Positions 16,679-25,973 of a stretch of DNA of 32,899 nucleotides are shown here, piece after piece (position 1 is the first letter of the stretch; each line of letters starts with the position of its first letter). The position numbers and the translations under genes were made by a program. Source of the DNA: Pseudomonadota bacterium (GTDB taxonomy: Bacteria > Pseudomonadota > Alphaproteobacteria > Rhizobiales > Devosiaceae); assembly GCA_023427545.1 (NCBI GenBank), contig JAEZBF010000239.1:1-32899 (forward strand). The letters run 5' to 3'. The notes under the pieces are model-generated. The model did not search any database. It saw nothing but the letters and a program-made list of their open reading frames with translations, and had not been told where the DNA came from.

Positions 16679-16714
16679 CGGTTAACGACCACGCATCGCA
16701 CTCTCGTTAAGCGG
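16679..16714. promoter_or_regulatory. Candidate operator: inverted repeat CGgTTAACGA-N15-TCGTTAAgCG
   Basis: TTAACGA (16682-16688) and TCGTTAA (16704-16710) are perfect complements, and 9 of 10 positions match when extended. It lies in the divergent intergenic region between the SBP gene and module copy B. A GTTAAC lies nearby at 16636-16641. Confidence 0.3.
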
Positions 16715-16727
16715 CGGTCTGTTAGCG

Positions 16728-16756
16728 TTGACACAGACGAAAGTTGCTTTTATCCG
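16728..16756 (+). promoter_or_regulatory. Candidate sigma-70-type promoter for the 16835 operon
   Basis: TTGACA (16728-16733), a 17-nt spacer, then TATCCG (16751-16756). It is about 80 nt upstream of the ATG. The -10 element is weak. Confidence 0.3.
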
Positions 16757-16834
16757 TGACTCATTAGTCCGCCACGAAGCTCGTCTTTGAGGCAGCGGAC
16801 CACCCCTTGGGACCAAAAGGCAGTCTTCCCTTTC

Positions 16835-17689
16835 ATGACCATCAGCACCGCTGTCGCGCCGCGACCTGATCTCAACCTCAGTCGCTTCGATCCGCTGCCG
16901 CGCATCATGTTCTACGACGACTTCAACAACGGCATGTCTGGGTGGAACGAGCTCCTCGGCAACTACACCGGCAGCCTGCGCAGGATGCACCCCGGCTACA
17001 GGCAGTTCACCCCGCCCATGCTGAGCAACATCACCCACTGGGATGGTGGCACGCACGGCGGGCTGACCGGCTCCTACGCGCTCAAGCTCGCAACGCGTCC
17101 CGGCCGCGGCTCACAGACCGTCAGCCTCAAGCGCATGACGTTCCCGCGTGCCTGCACGATGCAGCTCGAGTGCTTCTTCACCTTCAAGCCAGAAGCCACC
17201 GAGCTCGAGCTCTCCGACAGGGACGTGCGCTCCTGGGGCGTGGTCCTCGACATCCAGGACAAGAACCATCGCGTGCTGCCGCAGGTCCGCTACCTCAACG
17301 CGCTCAATGGCGAGCTGCAGAACAAGTGGCAGTACAAGGAAGAGAGCGTGAAGTTCAACGACGTGGGGGATCGGACCGTCACGATCTACCACTACGGCGA
17401 GGAGAACTGGAAGGATATCCCCGGCGGGCACCAGCTGATCTGCTACAACGAGATTCCGACCAAGATCAATTGGCACTATTTCCGCTTGGGCTTCGACGTC
17501 CATAAGCTGCGTTACACCGAGCTGCAGTGCAACGACCTGGTGCTCGACATCTCCGATCTTGGCACCCTCAAGTTCGACGCGATGCCGAACCTGCAGAACC
17601 TCTTCAACGTCATTCCGTTCGTCGACACCGACTCCGACAAGCGCGCCTTCCTCTACTTCGACTCCATTCTGCTGTCGGGAGACTGGTAA
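16835..17689 (+). CDS. Hypothetical protein, large partner of the uncharacterised two-gene module (copy B)
   Basis: The track ORF starts at a TTG (16787). The ATG at 16835 (MTISTAVAPRPDLNLSRFDPLPRI) aligns with the N-terminus of copy A. About 284 aa, ending ...SILLSGDW*. See 8412-9293 for the shared blocks. Confidence 0.85.
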   Translation: MTISTAVAPRPDLNLSRFDPLPRIMFYDDFNNGMSGWNELLGNYTGSLRRMHPGYRQFTPPMLSNITHWDGGTHGGLTGSYALKLATRPGRGSQTVSLKRMTFPRACTMQLECFFTFKPEATELELSDRDVRSWGVVLDIQDKNHRVLPQVRYLNALNGELQNKWQYKEESVKFNDVGDRTVTIYHYGEENWKDIPGGHQLICYNEIPTKINWHYFRLGFDVHKLRYTELQCNDLVLDISDLGTLKFDAMPNLQNLFNVIPFVDTDSDKRAFLYFDSILLSGDW

Positions 17690-18027
17690 TGCTGGCAGAA
17701 AGCTACACCGCCGTCATCGCGCGCGGCGAGGACTGGATCAACGGCTCCGCCACCGAGCCCTACGAGGCGAGCTGGGCACGCGAGGCGATCATCGTCGTGC
17801 GCACGCTCGAAACCGGCACGCTCGGCGGTGGCGCCAGGGCGCATGTGCAGATCTCGCTCGACGGCATGCGCTGGATCGATGAGGGCACGAGCCTCGAGAT
17901 CAAGCCCGAAGTGGACGGGCTCAGCATGGCGCGCCTCACCCATTTCGGACATTACATCCGCCTGCGCGCCGAAATGCCCCAAGGCATGACCGGCTACATG
18001 CTCGCGACCCTCCAGCTCAAGGCCTGA
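17689..18027 (+). CDS. Hypothetical protein, small partner of the uncharacterised two-gene module (copy B)
   Basis: 112 aa (MLAESYTAVIARGEDW...). The start ATG overlaps the upstream TAA by 1 nt (TAATG). The track ORF 17527-18027 has an N-terminal extension that overlaps the large gene out of frame. Paralog of 8087-8419. Confidence 0.8.
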   Translation: MLAESYTAVIARGEDWINGSATEPYEASWAREAIIVVRTLETGTLGGGARAHVQISLDGMRWIDEGTSLEIKPEVDGLSMARLTHFGHYIRLRAEMPQGMTGYMLATLQLKA

Positions 18028-18029
18028 AC

Positions 18030-19822
<1,793 letters not shown>

Positions 19823-19828
19823 GGCCCC

Positions 19829-19854
19829 GAGGGCGGGCTCAGCCAGCCCGCCTC
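19829..19854. terminator. Hairpin between convergent genes (possible bidirectional terminator)
   Basis: GAGGGCGGGCT-cagcc-AGCCCGCCTC forms a 10-bp stem with one bulged G. It overlaps the stop of the 19839 gene. There is no clear U-tract on either strand. Confidence 0.25.
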
Positions 19855-20726
19855 AGGTCCAGCGTCACGAAGATCGGCTGGTGATCCGAACCCTGCGCCG
19901 CTTCGTCGATCTCCATCGCCTGCATGGCCGGGATCAGGTCGGCCGTAACCGCGCAGTGGTCGAGCCGCTCCCGCTTGCGGCCCGGGCGGATGAAGGTGAC
20001 CCCCTCGAGCTCGCCGTGACCGGTGAGTACCCACGCATCGAACAGCCCGTGCTCGAGGCTTACCCGCGCGCCGGTCATTGGTGAAATCCCACCGAACAAC
20101 GCCTCGTATTCGATATCGGTCGGCGCGAAGTTGAGGTCGCCGATGAGCACGGCGCCGCGAGGCCACGGCACGGCCGGATCCCCGAACCCCGACGGGTTGC
20201 CGGGCACACCCGACCACGCCGGGCCACGCCGCGCCGGTTCCAGCATAAGCTCGCGCAGCACGTCGACCTGCGGCATGCGGGTGACCGGCGACATATGGTC
20301 GAGATGCGCCGTGATCAGCCGCAGCGGCCCCTCGGGCGTTCCGATGATCACCTCGAGCGCCGTGCGCTGCAGGTGCGTCGCGCCGCGCACGGCCAGCTTC
20401 GGCAGCGTGTGGTTCACGATGCTGAGCAGCGGCCAGCGCGACAGGATCACGTTCCCGAATTTCTGCCGCAGCCCCGGATAGCCGCCCGGCACCGTCTCGC
20501 CCAGGTAGATGTCGACGCCGGCGCCATAGGCGGTGTGTTCGTGCCCCAGCAGCCGCGCCAGCTCCGCCGGCTGGTTGATGAGGCCGCGCTTGGGATTGCC
20601 GGCCTCCACCTCCTGCAGCGCGATGATGTCTGAATCGCCGAGTTCCCCGGCGATGCGCGAGAGGTCCAGCACCTCGTCCTTTCCCACGCCGTACTGGATG
20701 TTGTAGCTGGCGAGCCGGATGCTCAG
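19839..20726 (-). CDS. Endonuclease/exonuclease/phosphatase (EEP) family protein, probable CTG start
   Basis: EEP blocks IIALQEV and GSDHQPIFVTL. The conserved N-terminal strand (L)SIRLASYNIQYG lies upstream of the first canonical start (GTG at 20687). The only start-like codon in frame after the TAG at 20736-20738 is CTG at 20724-20726, with AGGAGG 5 nt upstream. Confidence 0.8.
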   Translation of the reverse strand: MSIRLASYNIQYGVGKDEVLDLSRIAGELGDSDIIALQEVEAGNPKRGLINQPAELARLLGHEHTAYGAGVDIYLGETVPGGYPGLRQKFGNVILSRWPLLSIVNHTLPKLAVRGATHLQRTALEVIIGTPEGPLRLITAHLDHMSPVTRMPQVDVLRELMLEPARRGPAWSGVPGNPSGFGDPAVPWPRGAVLIGDLNFAPTDIEYEALFGGISPMTGARVSLEHGLFDAWVLTGHGELEGVTFIRPGRKRERLDHCAVTADLIPAMQAMEIDEAAQGSDHQPIFVTLDLRRAG

Positions 20727-20735
20727 GTGCGCCTC

Positions 20736-21449
20736 CTAGGTGGCCGGGCTGTGCACGGCGAGGACTTCGAGCAGGTCGGTCAGCCGGCCAAGCACGTGGT
20801 CCGGCTTGGCCGCGAGCAGGGGACCCGTCAACTCGTCGACCTGGTGGGCCGCCCCCAGATAGGCCGCAACCCGCATCCCCGCCGCACGGCCCGCCTTGAG
20901 CCCGAAGAGGCTGTCCTCGACCACGAGGCACTGCGCGGGCGGTACACCCATCAGCTCGGCCGCCAGCAGGAACACGTCGGGTTGCGGTTTGGGCACCCCG
21001 ACATCGAGCGCCGATACGATCCGCGGTCCGAAATACGCCAGCAGCCCTGTTGAGCGCAGCATGTGGATCACGCGCTGCCGCGGCGAGTTGGAGACCATGC
21101 AGAACGGCACCGGCATCGCCGCGAGCACCTCGCGCGCATCCGGCACAGGGCGCAGGTCGGTGGCGCAACGCCGGTTGAACTCGCTTTCGATCGCGTCGAA
21201 TACCGCCGGTCCGATCTCGATGCCCGAGCGCGCTGAAAGATCGGCGATCAGCTGCGGATAGCGCACGCCGTTGTAGCGGACCGCCAGCTCCCGCGCGGTG
21301 CAGGCGATGCCCAGCGCCGAAAAGTTTCGCTGGCGCACGTCGTGCATCAGCTCTTCGCTCTCCAGCAGCGTGCCGTCGCAGTCGAACAGCACCAGCCGTA
21401 TCTCTTCGGCCTTGGGCTGGTGCGGCCAGATGCGGCCAGCCCCGTCCAT
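20736..21449 (-). CDS. HAD-superfamily hydrolase, subfamily IA (phosphatase / beta-phosphoglucomutase-like)
   Basis: 237 aa from the ATG at 21449. Motif I LFDCDGTLLESE, motif II MVSNS, motif III KPQPDVF, motif IV VVEDSLFGLKAGRAAG. The upstream 259 codons of track ORF 20736-22226 overlap the permease gene out of frame. Confidence 0.85.
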   Translation of the reverse strand: MDGAGRIWPHQPKAEEIRLVLFDCDGTLLESEELMHDVRQRNFSALGIACTARELAVRYNGVRYPQLIADLSARSGIEIGPAVFDAIESEFNRRCATDLRPVPDAREVLAAMPVPFCMVSNSPRQRVIHMLRSTGLLAYFGPRIVSALDVGVPKPQPDVFLLAAELMGVPPAQCLVVEDSLFGLKAGRAAGMRVAAYLGAAHQVDELTGPLLAAKPDHVLGRLTDLLEVLAVHSPAT

Positions 21450-21454
21450 GGCCG

Positions 21455-22282
21455 CTAACCCTTCACCGCGCCGGCCGTGAGACCGGCAACCAGGAACCGC
21501 TGCAACCCCAGCACCACCAGCACAATCGGCACCAGCTGGATCGTCGCTGCCGAAAACAGAATCCCGTAATTTGTGCCCGTCACCGAATCCATTAGCTCGC
21601 TGAGAATGAGCGGCGTCGTCTTGGCGTTCTGGATCGTGAAGATGAAGGCGTAGAGATACTCGTTCCAAGAGAACACGAAGACGAACACCGCGCAGGCGAC
21701 CATGCCCTGGATGGCGAGCGGCGCCACGACATAGCGCAGGATCTGCGCTTCGCTCGCGCCATCCACCGACGCGGACTCGTCGAGATCGCGCGGGATCTGG
21801 TCGATGAACTCCTTCATCACCAACACGTTCAGCGGCACCCAGAAGGTGGCGTAGAGCAGGATGAGGATCAGGTGCGTGTCGGCAAGCCCGAACTGGTTCA
21901 CCCATGGGAAAAGCGGAATGGTGACGACGAGCGGCGGCAGCAGGCGGATCGCCACGAGATAGAAGGCGGATGCCGAAAGCGCGTCGTTGCGGAAGCGCGA
22001 ATAGACGTAGCCCGCGCAGGCTCCCGCGAACACCGACAGCAGCGTCGCTAGGATCGAGATGGCGAGGCTGTTTCCGACGAACCGGAAGAAGTCGCCGTTC
22101 TGCGTCGCCAGCTCGATGTAGTTGTCGAGCGTCGGTTCGAACAGCAGCGGCGGTGGGAACATGAAGATGTCGCGCTGGAACTTGAACGAGTTCATCACGA
22201 CGTAGGCGACCGGAAAGACCGACCACACCACGATCAGCACGATGGCGATCGCCTTCAGGGCGCTGGAGACGGGCCTACTCAT
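21455..22282 (-). CDS. Carbohydrate ABC transporter permease (MalG-like), second system
   Basis: EAA loop PRDLDESASVDGASEAQILRYVVAPL. The C-terminal block FTIQNAKTTPLILSELMDSVTGTNYGILFSAATIQLVP...AGLTAGAVKG is nearly collinear with the 13474-14349 product. Confidence 0.9.
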   Translation of the reverse strand: MSRPVSSALKAIAIVLIVVWSVFPVAYVVMNSFKFQRDIFMFPPPLLFEPTLDNYIELATQNGDFFRFVGNSLAISILATLLSVFAGACAGYVYSRFRNDALSASAFYLVAIRLLPPLVVTIPLFPWVNQFGLADTHLILILLYATFWVPLNVLVMKEFIDQIPRDLDESASVDGASEAQILRYVVAPLAIQGMVACAVFVFVFSWNEYLYAFIFTIQNAKTTPLILSELMDSVTGTNYGILFSAATIQLVPIVLVVLGLQRFLVAGLTAGAVKG

Positions 22283-23141
22283 TGGAAAAGGATTTCCGGT
22301 ACATCGAACGCAGGTAGAACACCGACAGGAACAGGGCTCCCAGCACCATCAGCCAGCCGGTGGCCGCCGCGCCACCGAAATCGGAGAAGCTGAACCCGGT
22401 GCGATAGAGGTAGGTGCCCAGCACCTCGGTCAGCCGGACCGGGCCGCCCTTGGTCACCAGCCAGACTTCCGTGAACATGCGGAAGGCGAAGATGTAGCGG
22501 AAGACGATCGCCAGCATCGCCGCCGGAATGATCAGCGGAATGGTGATGTTGAGCGTCTGCTGCCACGCGTTCGCGCCATCCACGCGCGCCGCTTCGTAGA
22601 GTTCGCGCGGCACCGAGATGACCGCTGCGTAGATGATCACGAAGGTGAAGGGCAGGTGGTGCCATGTCGAAATCGTGCAGATCAGCGCGAGCGCGTCGCC
22701 GACGTTGCGCGTCCAGTTGAACGTGATGCCGAGCGATGCAAGGCCCTTGGTGATGACGCCGATATTGGGATCGGCAAGGAAGCGCCACGAGAGCACGCCC
22801 ACCACCTCGCTGATGCCGTAGGGCACGAGGATGACGGCGAACAGCAGCATGCGGCCGCGGTTGAGGCTCGCGACCAGCACCGCCATGCCGAAGGCGAGCA
22901 GCAGCTCGACATAGACGACGATGTTGACGATCAGGAACGTGTTCCACGACGCGCGCCAGAACACGCCGTCGGTGAGCACTTTTGCGTAGTTGGCGAGCCC
23001 GACGAACTGCGGGTCCAGGCCGTAGTTCGAGGTCGTGAAGCTCAGCCAGAAGACATAGAGCGCCGGCGCGGCCAGCATCGCAGTTGCAAGCGCCTGCGCC
23101 GGCGCCAGCAACATGAGGTGGAAGAAGCCTAGTCGGCGCAT
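22275..23141 (-). CDS. Carbohydrate ABC transporter permease (MalF-like), second system
   Basis: EAA loop PRELYEAARVDGANAWQQTLNITIPL. It overlaps the next permease by 8 nt. Confidence 0.9.
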   Translation of the reverse strand: MRRLGFFHLMLLAPAQALATAMLAAPALYVFWLSFTTSNYGLDPQFVGLANYAKVLTDGVFWRASWNTFLIVNIVVYVELLLAFGMAVLVASLNRGRMLLFAVILVPYGISEVVGVLSWRFLADPNIGVITKGLASLGITFNWTRNVGDALALICTISTWHHLPFTFVIIYAAVISVPRELYEAARVDGANAWQQTLNITIPLIIPAAMLAIVFRYIFAFRMFTEVWLVTKGGPVRLTEVLGTYLYRTGFSFSDFGGAAATGWLMVLGALFLSVFYLRSMYRKSFSNE

Positions 23142-23213
23142 GTGGTCTCGCGTCGTGTAACAGCAGTCGAAACAAAAGAAGCGCGGCAGCGAACTGCCGC
23201 GCGTCCGGGAGGG

Positions 23214-24467
23214 CTACTGCTTTTTAGGCAGCAGCGGTTCGATCTGCGCCTGGGTCTTGGCGGCCGCTTCTTCTGGCGTCTGGTAGCCCAGCAGAACCGC
23301 GTCAGCTTCCTCCTGGATGATGGTCTGTGCCCGCGAGATGTCCTCGAAGCCGGGAAGGGCGAGGCGAGCGGCTGCGACGGAACGGGCCTGCTCTGCGGCA
23401 GACGCGATCTTTTCGACGATCCGCGGATCCTGATAGGCGGCCGGACGAACCGCGCCGTTGCCGTTCAGCGCTTCGCGGACGGTGGCCTCGGGCGATGACA
23501 GCGCCTTGATCAGTTCCCAGGCTTCCTTCTTGTGGGGAGAGTTCTTGGGGATGACGAGGTACCAGACTTCGGTCTGGATCGGCGGGACGCCCCCGGCGCC
23601 TGGCGGGATCGATGTCACCTTGAACGAGCCCGGGAAGCGCGAGAGCTTGGGGTCGTTCATGACCAGTTCGCGGTTGAACGGGCTGATGCTCATCGCCGCG
23701 CGGCCGTTCTGCATGTCGGAGATCAGCCCGTCGAGGTTGTTGCCGACATAGTTGTCGATGAGCGCGCCGGAATCCGACAGGTCCTTCAGCATCCGCAGTG
23801 CGGAGATATACTCAGGCGTGTTGGCGTTGAGGGTGAAGTCGTCCTCGAGGAAGCGCTTCCCGGTGCTGAGCATGAGCGCCAGGATGAACTCCGGCGACAC
23901 CCCGACCTGGGTGAGGCCGAAGACTTTCTGGCCGTTCGCATCGGTGTGCGGGACCTTCTTGGCGATCTCGATGAGCTCTTCGAACGTCTTGGGCGGACCG
24001 TCGTACCCGGCTTCCTTGAGCAGCGTCTCATTGTAGACGAGCGCGGTGGTGCTGTGGCGGAACGGAATGCCGTAGAGCTTGCCGTTGTAGGTCATGCCCC
24101 CGCGCATGCCTTCGGAAAGCCCGTCGAAGTCCTCGATCGGGTCGGCGGCGTTGAGGTCGTCGAGCGGCTCGAGCAGCTCGAACGCCTTGGGCGAAGCGAA
24201 GCGGTTGAGGAAGAACGCCGCGTCGACATTGCCGGTGCCGAGGGTCATCTCGCGGAACAGCCGGTCGTGCAGCGGCGTGACGTCGGCGGTGATCCAGTTG
24301 ATCGGGCCGTGGGCCGCAACGAACTCCGCGGTGCTGTCGCCGCCGGTCTCGCCGGTCGAAGCGACCTGGTGCACCTTGTGCCCGAGCACATTGAGGCTCT
24401 GGGCGTTCACGCCGGTTGCCAGCGATACGGCAATTGCGGCCGCAGCTGCGGCCTTAATCAGTTTCAT
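23214..24467 (-). CDS. Extracellular solute-binding protein, family 1, second system
   Basis: Signal peptide MKLIKAAAAAAIAVSLATGVNAQS. 417 aa. Paralog of 15286-16551. Confidence 0.9.
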   Translation of the reverse strand: MKLIKAAAAAAIAVSLATGVNAQSLNVLGHKVHQVASTGETGGDSTAEFVAAHGPINWITADVTPLHDRLFREMTLGTGNVDAAFFLNRFASPKAFELLEPLDDLNAADPIEDFDGLSEGMRGGMTYNGKLYGIPFRHSTTALVYNETLLKEAGYDGPPKTFEELIEIAKKVPHTDANGQKVFGLTQVGVSPEFILALMLSTGKRFLEDDFTLNANTPEYISALRMLKDLSDSGALIDNYVGNNLDGLISDMQNGRAAMSISPFNRELVMNDPKLSRFPGSFKVTSIPPGAGGVPPIQTEVWYLVIPKNSPHKKEAWELIKALSSPEATVREALNGNGAVRPAAYQDPRIVEKIASAAEQARSVAAARLALPGFEDISRAQTIIQEEADAVLLGYQTPEEAAAKTQAQIEPLLPKKQ

Positions 24468-24589
24468 GGCTGTCTCCCTCGTAGGATTGCTAGTGACGGT
24501 CCCGGGCCCCGGCCGCCCCGTGCTCGCAAACCGCTCTGCAGCAGGAAGGACGTCTACCTGGATTGGTGCCGTGCGCGTGTACCGCGCAT

Positions 24590-24604
24590 CGATATCGTTA
24601 ATGT
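24590..24604 (-). promoter_or_regulatory. Candidate LacI-family operator half/site (ACATTAACGATATCG on the minus strand)
   Basis: 14 of 15 nt are identical to ACATTAACGCTATCG at 25935-25949. It is oriented toward the minus-strand SBP operon and contains the CGATATCG palindrome. Confidence 0.4.
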
Positions 24605-24806
24605 TGATCTTGCACGCAGTTGTTGCGGCGTCAAGGTCTGGAGGTCAGCATTGATTTCATTGACAATTTCTGCCAAACCCAGCCGCTCTTTACAGCGCAG
24701 GCTCAGTTCAACAATGGTAACGGTAATGACTGTGGGCCAGCGAATGGGCCGATTGGCTGGGGTGCGCCGCACCGGTAAACTGGTCGCCTCGATTGGAGAA
24801 CGGTGA

Positions 24807-25865
24807 ATGACGCATGAGGCGGGCGGGCGGCGTCAGCCGACGCTTCAGGACGTCGCCAGGGTGGTGGGTCTCACCCCCAACACGGTTTCGCGCGCGCTCA
24901 ACGACCGCCCGGGCGTCAATCCTGCGACCCGAGCGCGGATCAAGGCCGAAGCCGAGCGCCTGGGATATGTACCCAACATCCACGCCCGCTCGTTGGTCCT
25001 TGGCGCCCGCAAGACGATCGGCGTGATCGTCCCCAACATCTCCCACCCATTCTTCACCGACCTCGTATCGGAGGTGGAACTCGCAGCCAAGGAGGCCGGC
25101 TACACCGTCCTGCTTCTGCTCTCCTACGAATCCGCCGAGCGCGAGCGCGAAACCATCGGCCGGGCGCTGCGATCGGGGGTCGACGGGCTGATCGCGGCCC
25201 CGGTGCGCGAGCGCTCCAACGCGTGGACCCCCGTGATCAAAACAGGCATTCCACTTGTCATGGTGACGCGCGAACTGCCTGATCAAACAGTAGATTTCTT
25301 CTCAAACGATAATCAGGCCGGCATCCGCCTCACCACCGAGGCGGTGATCCGCGCCGGAGCCCGGGATATCGTGCTGATCGACGAGGACATGCCCACCTCG
25401 ACCATCCGCCTGCGCGAGGAGGGCTTTCGGCGGATGCTCCTTGCGGCAGGCCTGGAGTTCGACCGGCGCAGGAACGTCGCGCCCGTCCCCGCGGCGAGAA
25501 CCTTCCGCGTCTCTCAGTCATGGCAGGCCGACGACGCCTATCGAGTGGCGTGCGAACTGCTCGACCGCGGCCGCCGGCCCGACGCCTTCGTAGTGGGCGA
25601 CGACTACTATGCGCTCGGCCTCTACCGGGCCCTCCGGGAGCGCAGCCTCGCCGTACCCGACGACGTGCTGGTGATCGGCTGGGGCAACCGCCCCTTCACA
25701 CGCTTCATGGAGCCGCCGCTTTCAACGCTCGCGCTGCCCTACGAAGAGGTTGCCCTGCGCGCAACGCGCCGCCTGCTGCAGCTCATCGAGGGCACCCCCG
25801 ATGGCGCGATCGTCACCGAGCGCCTCGTCCCAGAACTTGTGATCCGCGCCTCCTCGATGCGCTGA
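24807..25865 (+). CDS. LacI-family transcriptional regulator
   Basis: The HTH block is PTLQDVARVVGLTPNTVSRALNDRPGVNPATRARIKAEAERLGYVPN. The rest of the protein is a periplasmic-binding-protein-like effector domain. Confidence 0.9.
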   Translation: MTHEAGGRRQPTLQDVARVVGLTPNTVSRALNDRPGVNPATRARIKAEAERLGYVPNIHARSLVLGARKTIGVIVPNISHPFFTDLVSEVELAAKEAGYTVLLLLSYESAERERETIGRALRSGVDGLIAAPVRERSNAWTPVIKTGIPLVMVTRELPDQTVDFFSNDNQAGIRLTTEAVIRAGARDIVLIDEDMPTSTIRLREEGFRRMLLAAGLEFDRRRNVAPVPAARTFRVSQSWQADDAYRVACELLDRGRRPDAFVVGDDYYALGLYRALRERSLAVPDDVLVIGWGNRPFTRFMEPPLSTLALPYEEVALRATRRLLQLIEGTPDGAIVTERLVPELVIRASSMR

Positions 25866-25934
25866 CCTCTCACAAATACATGAGCGTTATCGCAACCTTG
25901 TACGTTGACGCCTCACAGTGGAGCGTGGCAGGGG

Positions 25935-25955
25935 ACATTAACGCTATCGTTTAAT
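25935..25955 (+). promoter_or_regulatory. Candidate LacI-family operator (ACATTAACGCTATCGTTTAAT)
   Basis: Imperfect palindrome ATTAACG-ctat-CGTTTAAT, about 20 nt upstream of the GTG at 25974. It shares its left half with the site at 24590-24604. Confidence 0.4.
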
Positions 25956-25973
25956 GACAGGACTGACCCTCAG

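Noticed and set aside
16622-16733. Inverted pair of GTGTCAA(G/C) about 100 bp apart, considered as an operator
   Set aside because: Each copy reads TTGACA on the strand of the gene it faces. They are more simply the -35-like boxes of two divergent promoters. The minus-strand one has poor spacing to any -10-like hexamer, so it was not annotated.
21450-22226. 259-codon N-terminal extension of the HAD ORF (track ORF 20736-22226)
   Set aside because: The extension overlaps the MalG-like permease gene in another frame and has no HAD or other motifs. The HAD domain begins cleanly at the ATG at 21449, 5 nt after the permease stop.
25905-25973. TTG start at 25905 for the FAD-dependent oxidoreductase
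   Set aside because: The 23 extra residues are not family-like. They would also place the candidate LacI operator (25935-25955) inside the coding sequence. The GTG at 25974 is preferred, but this is not certain.
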